A stretch of DNA of 64,000 nucleotides from an uncultured Candidatus Saccharibacteria bacterium. Lineage in GTDB: Bacteria; Patescibacteriota; Minisyncoccia; Phycocordibacterales; UBA2100. Below the pieces are notes generated by a model. That model worked only from the letters and a program-made list of their open reading frames with translations, searched no databases and was not told where the DNA came from. The stretch lies in NCBI GenBank assembly GCA_964623775.1, contig CAZUVH010000002.1:110454-174453 (forward strand), in the 5' to 3' direction. Made by a program: the position numbers and the translations under genes. Below are positions 1-8,731 of this stretch, in pieces (within the stretch, counting starts at the first letter, position 1; every line of letters begins with the position of its first letter).

Positions 1-189
1 CAGAATCCGGATGCCATCAAGGTAGTGCAGCTCGAGGAGACTTTTGCATCAGAGACCGCGTGTCAGGCGGCCATGGAAGACACGATTAGAGCATTTGTAC
101 TCAAGCCTACGGGTAACACGATTGCAGGTGGCCGCATAAATTTTTTCAACATCGAGCAGTCGATCTGTCGTCCCGTTGGGTTTAAATAA
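1..189 (+). CDS. Hypothetical protein, 5'-truncated by the window edge
   Basis: Frame 1 is open from base 1 (QNPDAIKVVQLEETF...RPVGFK) to TAA at 187-189 and is followed directly by a terminator hairpin. Confidence 0.6.
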   Translation, partial: QNPDAIKVVQLEETFASETACQAAMEDTIRAFVLKPTGNTIAGGRINFFNIEQSICRPVGFK

Positions 190-193
190 TCGC

Positions 194-223
194 AGCGCCG
201 CATGTATGCGGCGCTTTCTCTTT
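194..223 (+). terminator. Intrinsic terminator
   Basis: AGCGCCGCAT-gt-ATGCGGCGCT stem followed by a T-rich tract. Confidence 0.7.
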
Positions 224-264
224 GCCCAAAGCGCAGTCTGATGGTTTTGTGGTACATTTTATAT

Positions 265-717
265 ATGCTCATACAACAAATCCGCGAAGACATGAAGACC
301 GCAATGAAAGCAAAAGATCAGGTGCGACTCGATACTCTACGAGGCGCCATCACCGCTTTTACCAACGAGTTGGTCGCCAAGGGCAAGAAGCCGACTGACG
401 AGGTGGATGATGCGATGGCTATCACCGTACTCAAGCGCCTCGCCAAACAGCGCAAGGATTCTATCGAACAATTCACTTCAGGTGGCCGCGCAGAACTTGC
501 CGAGAAAGAATCGAGCGAGCTGAAGGTCATTGAAGCGTACCTCCCGGCAGGTGTCTCAAAGGAAGAGATCGAAAAAGTCGCGCGAGCCAAAAAAGAAGAA
601 ATGGGTATCAATGACGCAGCCGGTATCGGCAAGCTGATGGGTGCTGTGATCAAAGAATTCAAGGGCGCAGCTGATGGCGCAGATGTAAAGACAGTAGTCA
701 CAGCCCTCCTCTCTTAG
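265..717 (+). CDS. yqeY: GatB/YqeY domain protein
   Basis: MLIQQIREDMKTAMKAKD...KQRKDSIEQF..GGRAELAEKE..E..VIEAYLP...GKLMG..KG.ADG matches the YqeY pattern; start set at ATG 265. Confidence 0.92.
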   Translation: MLIQQIREDMKTAMKAKDQVRLDTLRGAITAFTNELVAKGKKPTDEVDDAMAITVLKRLAKQRKDSIEQFTSGGRAELAEKESSELKVIEAYLPAGVSKEEIEKVARAKKEEMGINDAAGIGKLMGAVIKEFKGAADGADVKTVVTALLS

Positions 718-732
718 ACTCTTCCACATCAC

Positions 733-761
733 TAGACAAACTTGCCACTTGGTGGTATAAT
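733..761 (+). promoter_or_regulatory. Sigma70-type promoter
   Basis: TAGACA-17 bp-TATAAT with an extended -10 TG, upstream of the 792/1054 ORFs. Confidence 0.65.
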
Positions 762-791
762 TCCGCCCAGTTACCACTGGAGAATTTCACC

Positions 792-1061
792 GTGCCCGAA
801 CACAAAGAGCCTTTTGTGAATCGAAGTGATTCCGAACTCCTCGGCTCGGGAATGCATAAGCAAGCTTTGCATTCCCCTCGCCCTACGTCGTTCGTGAGCG
901 GTGCGTACGACCTGAAGGATGACGCCCAAAACCGTCCCCTTCCGTCGATCCGAAGTATTGTGAATGCGGCAATCAAGAAAAAGAAAGTCCGTCGGCACTA
1001 CAGTGCCGAAAGGACTCCTGAAGTTGTTGCTGCCGAAAAGCGGAGGTATCCGGATGACTGA
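792..1061 (+). CDS. Hypothetical protein (basic C-terminus)
   Basis: GTG start after GGAGA and a promoter; its stop overlaps the next start. Confidence 0.5.
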   Translation: MPEHKEPFVNRSDSELLGSGMHKQALHSPRPTSFVSGAYDLKDDAQNRPLPSIRSIVNAAIKKKKVRRHYSAERTPEVVAAEKRRYPDD

Positions 1062-1386
1062 TATCTTCGACGACCCATTTTTCATCGCGACGGTGAATGC
1101 CCAGACACGCGCGATGAACAAATTCGAGGTGGACTATGTACATCTCGAACGAGAGACGACGAAGAGACTCTACAATGACTTCATTGCGAATCTCACGCGC
1201 ATTGGAGACGTGGCGAAAACGCTCGAGTTCGTCCTCGACATGAACGAACCGTTTGTAAGTAATGCCGAGCGCGGAGGATACAAAATCGCGATCGGAATGG
1301 CCTGGCATGAAGTGCGACGTGCCAGAAAATTGCAGTTAGAGGAATTTGAGCGGGCGCACCCGCTTCACGGAGAGCAGGACACGTAA
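1054..1386 (+). CDS. Hypothetical protein
   Basis: GGAGG SD before ATG 1054 (MTDIFDDPFF...), 110 aa, helical-looking. Confidence 0.65.
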   Translation: MTDIFDDPFFIATVNAQTRAMNKFEVDYVHLERETTKRLYNDFIANLTRIGDVAKTLEFVLDMNEPFVSNAERGGYKIAIGMAWHEVRRARKLQLEEFERAHPLHGEQDT

Positions 1387-1407
1387 TGCGTACCTGCTCT
1401 TTTTTAT

Positions 1408-2577
1408 TTATATATGGGCATGCTTCTGCCTTGAGAAAAAAACTGAGGTGCCGGACGCTACAGCGGCGATCAGAAATACGATGATGAGCGTGACCGGCAA
1501 CGACAGTACGGCCGCGCACAATATGCCGATGGCACAGATAGTGATTTTACCGAGGGCGAGTGCCATCTCTTTGAGTGTCGTGTATTCATCGATATACGAG
1601 CCGTGATCGGCCAATTGATCGAAGGTCAGCGTACTGATCCCTGTCCCACGCATCTGTGTCCCGGTATAGAAGTATGAATCTACAAGCACGACCCCAAGCG
1701 GCGTCGCAACCACAAGGCGCAGTATCCACCCTGACATTGTGAGAAAAGCATGCACAATAGCGGAGCTTTCGATACGTGCTTTTTTGAAAAAACCGTGCAC
1801 GTACGAGCGCATAAAAAAGACGAGTAGATACGTGACCGACATTACAAGGCCAAGCATCGCATACGACCAGCCGACAAGAAGAAATATCGCTATCGGCCAG
1901 AAAAGGAGGAGCGCCGCGCCCGATACCCCATCGAGGAATGCGGCGGTCACGAGTCTGTGGTGTTTCTTTGCGCGAAGCATACGGAAGCTTTCGGCATACC
2001 CCCATGAATACCCTTCGTGAACATCATTCACGTGTCTCAGTGGCACAATCGATATGAGTGCCAAAGTCGCTGCGCCTAGAAATAGGAGGTTGAGGCCGCC
2101 GAGTCCAAACGTGAGGATGAGGCCCGCGACCGCGGGGACGAGCGCAAGCATGCCCTCTTGCATGAATCGCGCAAGTGGATGTCTTTGGCCAGATCTCAGC
2201 GAATCAACGCTATAGGGCACCCAGTAAAGCGCATGGTAGAGACCCCGCAACAGAGCGAAAAGTATAATACCGGCCGTTACATTCGCGCCAAAAAATCCCG
2301 TAAAAGCGTACGCAAGCACCGCATAGGCAATCGCCGCAAGGGCAACGCCTTCGGTCATGGGGGCAACGATGCCATTGCGCAAGCGCCGCGCTGAAAGCGG
2401 CGTCACAAAAAGCACCACGAGATGCACGAGTACGTATACCGATACGCATGCAAGGAGCGCATGGGAAAGATCGCCCGTGCGTACGAAAAAATACTGAAAT
2501 ATGAAGATCCAGGCAAAAAGATTGACTGCGGCGAGCGCTACGCGCATCAGAAAACGATGCGTCTGGAGTGCGGACAT
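1408..2577 (-). CDS. MFS-like multi-pass membrane protein
   Basis: 389 aa with about 12 hydrophobic segments in two halves. Confidence 0.75.
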   Translation of the reverse strand: MSALQTHRFLMRVALAAVNLFAWIFIFQYFFVRTGDLSHALLACVSVYVLVHLVVLFVTPLSARRLRNGIVAPMTEGVALAAIAYAVLAYAFTGFFGANVTAGIILFALLRGLYHALYWVPYSVDSLRSGQRHPLARFMQEGMLALVPAVAGLILTFGLGGLNLLFLGAATLALISIVPLRHVNDVHEGYSWGYAESFRMLRAKKHHRLVTAAFLDGVSGAALLLFWPIAIFLLVGWSYAMLGLVMSVTYLLVFFMRSYVHGFFKKARIESSAIVHAFLTMSGWILRLVVATPLGVVLVDSYFYTGTQMRGTGISTLTFDQLADHGSYIDEYTTLKEMALALGKITICAIGILCAAVLSLPVTLIIVFLIAAVASGTSVFFSRQKHAHI

Positions 2578-2690
2578 CGCTTAATTATGCGCGATTACTT
2601 CAATTCCGCAGACGAACGTGTGTGGATAGTTACGCCACTCATACGTGCCTGCCCCGTAGCCAGCGCGGAGCGCTGTGGTACCGGGGTGGA

Positions 2691-3878
2691 TTAGTCGCCG
2701 ACGTTGATCCGAATCACGTTTTCAATCGTACGCTCTCCTTTTTGTGTCTCTTCTCCCTCAGATTTCTCGTCGCTTTCGTGTGTGTCAGAGTTGCCAGCTG
2801 AGGTGTCAGATGTGAAATCGATATTTGCGGCGCGAGCGTTATCGTGCAGATTTATCTGCACCTTCAGACCAACTCTCGTCTCCTCGGTCGTACGGATCGC
2901 CTTTTCCAAATCCTGCAACACCCTCGATTGATCGCTCTCAGTCATACCTTTTGTTTCGATAGTGATTGTCGCTTCTGTCGTACTCGCCCTCTGTTGAAAG
3001 CGAGCATAAGTGGAGGTGCCAAGCTTGTTTTTTTCTTTCGTAGCGAGCGTGCGCACCCCCTTCAGTCTCTCCGAGAGTTTCTTCTTCTTTTCGGTCACTT
3101 TCTTTTCGAATGCATTGGTATCGCTCATCACTTTCGCTGCAGTGCTACTGGCAGCCGCTACCGTCGCCTTTTCTACATCACCTCCCTTACTACCTGCTCG
3201 CGAGGCGCGCGCGCTTTCAGCCTTTTTTTGCACGTTGGACAAAATGGGCTTGATCGCCTTGGAGACATCAGGTAACTCGGTACTCAAGGTGGTGAGTACA
3301 TTCGCGTGTGCGACAAGGGATGCCTCGAGGGTGGATTGGGCATCTGCAATAATCTCAGTGTTGTCAGGCGCACCAGAGAGCACCGCAACGCGCTTCTCGA
3401 AGTCATTGGCCGACGCATCGATGAGCGATGCGATTTTGTCGCTCGCATACGGTGTCAGCTCTCCGCGTGCCGCGAGGATCTCGGCCTCTTCGAGACGGCG
3501 CTCGGTCAATTCCCTACTGAATTCTACTTTTTCAACATCGGAGAGCGCCAGCGCTCCTTCGAATTTTTCATTGATACTGATTTTTACGGGATAGAGTACA
3601 TCGCCCGGCAAGGCTCCTCCAGCGGCGTACGCGGTACCGACGCCAAATACAAGCACAAGCGCGAGCGTCGCTGTCGCAAAACCATGGGAACCGACATAGC
3701 CAAAAGCCGCCGTATCGATCGCGTGCATGTACTCTGCCGCCCGTATATGGAACGGCACCTTGAGTGGATGCTCCTTCATGAGGAGCTCAAGCTCCTTACG
3801 CATGACAAAACGCTCTCTCTCCGAGAGTCGCTCATTTTGCAAAGCATCAAATATTTCCTTGATTTTTTTCTCCTCCAT
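2691..3878 (-). CDS. DUF5667 membrane-anchored protein (putative anti-sigma factor)
   Basis: A single TM is followed by ALPGDVLYPVK..NE...ERRLEEAE (DUF5667 signature) and a long helical extracytoplasmic tail. Confidence 0.8.
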   Translation of the reverse strand: MEEKKIKEIFDALQNERLSERERFVMRKELELLMKEHPLKVPFHIRAAEYMHAIDTAAFGYVGSHGFATATLALVLVFGVGTAYAAGGALPGDVLYPVKISINEKFEGALALSDVEKVEFSRELTERRLEEAEILAARGELTPYASDKIASLIDASANDFEKRVAVLSGAPDNTEIIADAQSTLEASLVAHANVLTTLSTELPDVSKAIKPILSNVQKKAESARASRAGSKGGDVEKATVAAASSTAAKVMSDTNAFEKKVTEKKKKLSERLKGVRTLATKEKNKLGTSTYARFQQRASTTEATITIETKGMTESDQSRVLQDLEKAIRTTEETRVGLKVQINLHDNARAANIDFTSDTSAGNSDTHESDEKSEGEETQKGERTIENVIRINVGD

Positions 3879-3989
3879 ACGCACGCGATTAGGGGTATCA
3901 TACCTCCTCTTCTCGCATAGATACAGACGTTTTAGGGTGTCACCTATTACAAAAGATGAAGCCCCACCGTGTTGCGGCGGGGCTGCACA

Positions 3990-4277
3990 TTACCTCCAAG
4001 CAAGAACCTTCCAGCCGTCGGATTCGTAAAGGCCGATCCCATCCGGGCCCTCGCACACTTCGACCCAGGTGTTTTCACTGTGCGACCATACGAAGTCGCC
4101 GTACGCGACGTTGCCACGGGAATCTTGATACTTGAGTCGGACTGGCCGCTGCGTCCTTTTGGGAGGCGACGAGGTTTTGAAGCGAGCCCGCTTTTTTGTG
4201 CTCGATTTTTTTGACTTCTTTTTCTTTCGTCCCAGCAATCCAAACGCACCGGAGCCGCCTTGAAATAAGTGGTCCAT
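3990..4277 (-). CDS. Hypothetical protein with Lys/Arg-rich segment
   Basis: AAGGAG SD, 95 aa, terminator hairpin at about 3960-3985. Confidence 0.6.
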   Translation of the reverse strand: MDHLFQGGSGAFGLLGRKKKKSKKSSTKKRARFKTSSPPKRTQRPVRLKYQDSRGNVAYGDFVWSHSENTWVEVCEGPDGIGLYESDGWKVLAWR

Positions 4278-4323
4278 TTCCTGTCTCCTTCAGTTGGCTG
4301 CCGACACCATACTTCAGTTAAAT

Positions 4324-4360
4324 AAAAAAGAAAAGACCCACTTTCGCGGGTCTTTTCTTT
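4324..4360 (-). terminator. Intrinsic terminator of the RRM gene
   Basis: AGAAAAGACCC-GCGAAAGT-GGGTCTTTTCT stem-loop followed by a U-tract. Confidence 0.75.
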
Positions 4361-4379
4361 TGGAGTTCCAAAAATGGAA

Positions 4380-4730
4380 TTACCAGCTGCGTCCGCCGCC
4401 GCCATTGCCGCCGCGTCCACCGCCGTAACCGCCATTTCCTCCGCCGAAACCGCCGCCGCGAGAGTCGCGTCGTGGGCGTTCCTCCATCGGACGAGCCTCA
4501 TTTACCGTGAGGGTACGACCGCCGAAGTCCTTGCCATTCCACTGCTCGATTGCCGCCTGAGCTTCCGCATCGGAAGCCATCTCGACGAAACCGAAACCCT
4601 TGGAGCGGCCGCTCATCTTATCCATGATGATTACAGCAGACTCAACAGACCCGCTCTGCGCAAACGCATCGCGGAGTTCTGTATCGGTAGTTGCGTAAGG
4701 CAAACCACCGACGTAAAGCTTCTTAGCCAT
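4380..4730 (-). CDS. RRM RNA-binding protein with Gly-rich tail
   Basis: RNP2 LYVGGL, RNP1 KGFGFVEM, then LTVNEARP and an RGG-rich C-terminus. Confidence 0.95.
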   Translation of the reverse strand: MAKKLYVGGLPYATTDTELRDAFAQSGSVESAVIIMDKMSGRSKGFGFVEMASDAEAQAAIEQWNGKDFGGRTLTVNEARPMEERPRRDSRGGGFGGGNGGYGGGRGGNGGGGRSW

Positions 4731-4861
4731 GATTCTGAGAATTGTTTTCCTTTAATTATGTAAACCGACCTTCTCCTCTGCCTCCAGGTCGATTCGACCC
4801 CCCAGCGTTGGAAAACGTATTACATGAGTAGCGTACGCTATCCCATAATTCTGTCAAGCAA

Positions 4862-5072
4862 ATAAAAACCCCGAGATTTCTCCCGGGGCGGGCCTTTTAC
4901 AAATGACCCTTCGCTCCTTTATGCAAGTCGGTTTATCCATTGGTTTTGCAGCCTTTGACCTGGACCCTACGCGTCACATGAGGTCAATCCAGGGCAATTC
5001 AGCCGCAATTAATCCGCAGGCCGACAGGTGGGGATGTAGAGCGCGTCCGCATGGAACATCCACCGTTCCCAT
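4862..5072 (-). ncRNA. Candidate structured ncRNA A (~210 nt)
   Basis: TTGACA(5100-5105)-16-TATGGT promoter with extended TG, terminator 4864-4888, nested helices, no SD-led ORF. Confidence 0.45.
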
Positions 5073-5147
5073 ATAAGACCATAGCATATTACAGAGCCAT
5101 GTCAAGGCGGGAAAAAAGCCCCGGTCATCGACCGGGGCTGCGTGGTC

Positions 5148-5546
5148 TTATTTCACGATATCGCCATACTTTCTGTCGAAATGAAGGTAGGGCTCCATGC
5201 TATAGCTCCCTGTCCAGCCCCAAGTGCACCATTCACCATCTGCAATGCCGACTGCAACAAAGCCCGGTTGTCCGCGACGCTCTGGTGTAGACTCGGGTCC
5301 ATAGGTGTAGAGTGCACCGATAACTTTATCGCCGAAATGCTCCCGAAGGAGCGGCAGTACCCGTGAGAGATCCTCGCCTTCGAGCTTAATTACTCTCGTG
5401 CGCAAAACCTTATCTACTTCCTTGCGGTAAGCTGGATCACAGTAATGGAGTCCGGTCGTTTCAAAAAGCCTGGCGGGATCTCCTGTTTGCGCTGACGCTG
5501 GCAGTGCCGCCATCAACAGAAACAAAATCACTAAGAGTGCGCGCAT
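5148..5546 (-). CDS. Secreted hypothetical protein
   Basis: AAGGAG SD; signal peptide MRALLVILFLLMAALPASA; terminator 5112-5139. Confidence 0.75.
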   Translation of the reverse strand: MRALLVILFLLMAALPASAQTGDPARLFETTGLHYCDPAYRKEVDKVLRTRVIKLEGEDLSRVLPLLREHFGDKVIGALYTYGPESTPERRGQPGFVAVGIADGEWCTWGWTGSYSMEPYLHFDRKYGDIVK

Positions 5547-5578
5547 GCTCTATCTCCTTTTGTGCTCCGCCGATAGTA

Positions 5579-6145
5579 TCACTTCAGCATACCCGAGTCA
5601 CTTGATGGCGGATCTTTGCGCATTTTACCCTTCAATCGTTCAATGCCGCGGTGGATACGGACGGAAACGACATTTTCGGTAACGCCGAGTGCTCTTGCTA
5701 TTTCTTTGGGAGAGAGTTCGTCCATATATCGCATGGTGATGACGACTCTGTAACTCTCGTCCAGTTCATCTAGAAGCTTGAGTGCTTCTTTGAGTGCGGG
5801 TGTATCGAGCGGTGCTCGTATTGATTCATCGCGCACCTCAAATCCATCGTCCTCCATCATCGCGTCGAGTGATGAGGATTTCTTGCGGCGCGAGCCGTCC
5901 ACGATTAAATTGTTGGCGACACGGTAAAGAAAGGCGCGGATGTAATCGATTTCTTTGCCTTCCGACATATAGAGCCATGTGCGACTAAATGTCTCTTGCG
6001 CAATATCTTTTGCTATTTCTCGATCACGCACTCGCAGGAGGCAGTGACGAAAGAGTGCGTCCGCGTGCTCGTCATGAGCCGCGAGGAATTCCGCCTCACG
6101 TTTTTTGATCCATCGCTCTTTTGGAGATGGTTTATGGATACCCAT
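5579..6145 (-). CDS. ECF RNA polymerase sigma factor
   Basis: Region 2 (AKDIAQETF..W...RAFLYRVANNLIVD) and region 4 (LSPKEIARALGVTENVVSVRIHRG). Confidence 0.93.
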   Translation of the reverse strand: MGIHKPSPKERWIKKREAEFLAAHDEHADALFRHCLLRVRDREIAKDIAQETFSRTWLYMSEGKEIDYIRAFLYRVANNLIVDGSRRKKSSSLDAMMEDDGFEVRDESIRAPLDTPALKEALKLLDELDESYRVVITMRYMDELSPKEIARALGVTENVVSVRIHRGIERLKGKMRKDPPSSDSGMLK

Positions 6146-6196
6146 ATACGTACAAACACGCTTACGCGCGCTTAGAGACAACTATACATTATCGGC

Positions 6197-7219
6197 CTAT
6201 GCTGTCTCCATTTCCCTGCCGTAGAGACCTTGCGATGCAAGGGAGTTCATCTGCATGCGGAAAAGAAAGGTCATCTGTGCATCGAGTACATTTTCCGGTT
6301 TGCCCGCCCACTTTTCGAGTGCGGCGTTTTGCAGCGCTCTGCTGTAAGAGAACGTGATGGGCCACGGATGCGGCCCGCGCTCAACTACAGCACTGAGATT
6401 GTCCGTCGCACTGATGTCATCCTGCCCCCCCGAGAGAAAAACGATGCCTGGAAGCGTGGGGGGGACTACTTTTTTGAAATGCGCAATCGTCGCTTCTGCG
6501 ATTTCTGCAGCCGTCTTTTTCTCTGTACTCTGTGCGCCTGGAATCACCATGTTGGATTTGAGGATCACCGCCTCGATCACAACTCCGGCCGACTTCAGCT
6601 CCTCAAAAAGCGCCGTCTGCATCCGCTCGGTAGCCTGCCTGCACTGATCCATTGTATGCGCACCGTCCATAAGTACTTCCGGCTCTACCATTGGCACGAT
6701 TCCGGCCTCCTGACAGGCCTTTGCGTACGCAGCGAGGTCCTTCGCGTTCTGACGCATATTGGCGTCGGTCGGCGTGCCGCTCGGGCTAATCGTGATGACT
6801 GCGCGCCATTTTGCAAAGACAGCTCCCATCTGCGCATATTCTTTCAATCTCAGAGCGAGACCCTCGCGACCCTTGGTAAGCTTCTCAATCAATGAGCCTG
6901 GCATGTCGATGGTGCCCTGATCTACTTTGATTCCCGGCATGATACCCACGTCTTTGAGAACCTTGAGAAATGGGGTACCGTCCTGTGCATTTTGTCGGAA
7001 TGTCTCATCGAAAAGAATGACGCCCGTGATGTAATCGCCGATGCCCGGCGTACGGAAAAACATCTCCCGGTACGCGCGACGATTATCCTCGGTGTTGGCT
7101 ATGTTGAATTTTGCGAATCGTTTTTCTATCGTATTGGCGCTTTCATCTGCTGCGAGAATACCTTTGCCGGGCGCAACGAGCGCGCGAGCAGTACTCTTCA
7201 GTTTTTCGACATCTGGCAT
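6197..7219 (-). CDS. fba: Fructose-bisphosphate aldolase class I
   Basis: GKGILAADES, FAKWRAV, VPMVEPEVL, Schiff-base LKSNMV, FLSGGQ, FSYSRALQ. Confidence 0.95.
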   Translation of the reverse strand: MPDVEKLKSTARALVAPGKGILAADESANTIEKRFAKFNIANTEDNRRAYREMFFRTPGIGDYITGVILFDETFRQNAQDGTPFLKVLKDVGIMPGIKVDQGTIDMPGSLIEKLTKGREGLALRLKEYAQMGAVFAKWRAVITISPSGTPTDANMRQNAKDLAAYAKACQEAGIVPMVEPEVLMDGAHTMDQCRQATERMQTALFEELKSAGVVIEAVILKSNMVIPGAQSTEKKTAAEIAEATIAHFKKVVPPTLPGIVFLSGGQDDISATDNLSAVVERGPHPWPITFSYSRALQNAALEKWAGKPENVLDAQMTFLFRMQMNSLASQGLYGREMETA

Positions 7220-7251
7220 ATGGTCAATTATATACCCTGCACACTACCCAC

Positions 7252-7824
7252 TCACTGATCCTCTGTGATTTGCGTATCCAAAAAACCGAGTGTGCTTTGC
7301 TGGTAGAGTGGCAGGGTAGCGATGATCCGGTGCGTAATTCCGAATTCCTTTGACTCATCGACGCTCATGATCTTGCCGCGCCGGAGCATTTGCGCCACTA
7401 CCTCAGTGTCATTGCCCGTCTCTCTGGCGATAACAAAAATGAGCTCCTGCAGCTCACGTTTGAATATCGCGATCGCCTCTTCGTGCGCATGCACAGGCGC
7501 GGTCGGGTCGAGAATTGTGTATTTGCCTTCGCGGAAAATAAATTGGCAGTTTTCGAGCGCCGTGCGCGTCTTTCCTGCGAGAAAGGTGGTCGCAGCTGCA
7601 GTATCCAATTCGCCAAAAGCGATCGTCTCCACCTCGATCGGGAGTGCCTTCAGGTATGTGTACATGTTGATGCCGGCGTCGATTTCGCCACTCATTCCAC
7701 CTGAGGCGATTAAAAAGCGAAGACTTTTTACAGGCTTGGAATACAAGTCCTCATTGATCGTGCGAATCGATTCTTGTACCACTTTACGCTCCAGTAGTCC
7801 GGTGAGTGCGTGCCAAATTTCCAT
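7252..7824 (-). CDS. ClpP-like protein, probably catalytically inactive
   Basis: ClpP layout (ETIAFG..DTAA...LAGKTR.ALEN.QF...IARETG...MSVDESKEFGI) with Thr at the Ser position and Arg at the His position. Confidence 0.7.
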   Translation of the reverse strand: MEIWHALTGLLERKVVQESIRTINEDLYSKPVKSLRFLIASGGMSGEIDAGINMYTYLKALPIEVETIAFGELDTAAATTFLAGKTRTALENCQFIFREGKYTILDPTAPVHAHEEAIAIFKRELQELIFVIARETGNDTEVVAQMLRRGKIMSVDESKEFGITHRIIATLPLYQQSTLGFLDTQITEDQ

Positions 7825-7911
7825 CCCACAACTATGGCTGCACCTCTGTAAAAAACAAATGAACTTTCGCCGTCCTAGGAAGGCCGGCCCCCGCCGACCT
7901 TCCCACCATCT

Positions 7912-8118
7912 CTATTCGTCTTCCAATTCCGAACGATTGCTCTGTCCACCTTTGCGTCCCGCCTCAGATGCGCGTTCAGGGTCATTTGCGAAGTTGCCGG
8001 GATTATTTTCCTTTCCCTGACTTTGTCCGCCCTTGCGGGCAATCTCGCGCTGCTGTTCCTCGTCCATCGCGGCGAATCCGCGGTTGCTGCTGCTCCGGTC
8101 TTTGTCTTTGTTTGCCAT
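7912..8118 (-). CDS. KGG-repeat general stress protein (GsiB/YciG/Con-10-like)
   Basis: RGFAAMDEEQQREIARKGG and NFANDPERASEAGRKGGQ repeats. Confidence 0.92.
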   Translation of the reverse strand: MANKDKDRSSSNRGFAAMDEEQQREIARKGGQSQGKENNPGNFANDPERASEAGRKGGQSNRSELEDE

Positions 8119-8291
8119 ACGAGTTTTGTGTTACGAGCCACTAAAATAGGCCTGCCTGCGTGCATCGCACAGGCAGACAACGCGTTCGACCAGAATGATT
8201 TGTAACAAACTCCGGTGAACGAATTGTTAAGCGGCACCGCTGAAGATACGGGCATCTTTGCACCGCTTGCCCCACAAACCTGTTTTTTTCG

Positions 8292-8420
8292 TCACGAGCG
8301 ATTTGTGCTTCGTCGACCGCCACCATGACTTGCTTTGCCGCCCATTGATGCGATCTTTCGTTGTGTCTCCTTATCCATTGCAGCAAAACCTCGCTTACTC
8401 GTGCCTTTTGTACGTGCCAT
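8292..8420 (-). CDS. Second KGG-type stress protein, 42 aa (not in ORF track)
   Basis: Manual translation MARTKGTSKRGFAAMDKETQRKIASMGGKASHGGGRRSTNRS*. Confidence 0.85.
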   Translation of the reverse strand: MARTKGTSKRGFAAMDKETQRKIASMGGKASHGGGRRSTNRS

Positions 8421-8535
8421 AGATTTGATTGGTTACACCCCTCTTGTAAACCGACCTGGCATCATTCTCCAACAATGGCATGAACCCATTGTTAAGCGTG
8501 GCAGGGATACCTGCGCGACGTTCTCGTTATTTTTG

Positions 8536-8607
8536 TGGACCGGCGGGGGATCGAACCCCGGACCTCCTCATTGCAAATGAGGCATTCTACCACTGAACTA
8601 CCGGCCC
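8536..8607 (-). tRNA. tRNA-Ala(UGC)
   Basis: Cloverleaf GGGCCGG...CCTCA-TTTGCAA-TGAGG...GTTCGATC...CCGGTCC-A with the G3:U70 Ala identity pair; CCA is not encoded. Confidence 0.97.
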
Positions 8608-8731
8608 AAATGAGGGATAAAGAGGATGCTAGCATACTCTTTTCCCGAGTGCAGGGCCGGAATGAGGAACGATTACCGGCCCTTTCGCAAACAGAAAGAG
8701 AATAGCATCTATTCTTGTTTTAATCGAGTGG

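Noticed and set aside
8141-8386. 81-aa ORF from the track
   Set aside because: An overlapping frame encodes a clear KGG protein (8292-8420)
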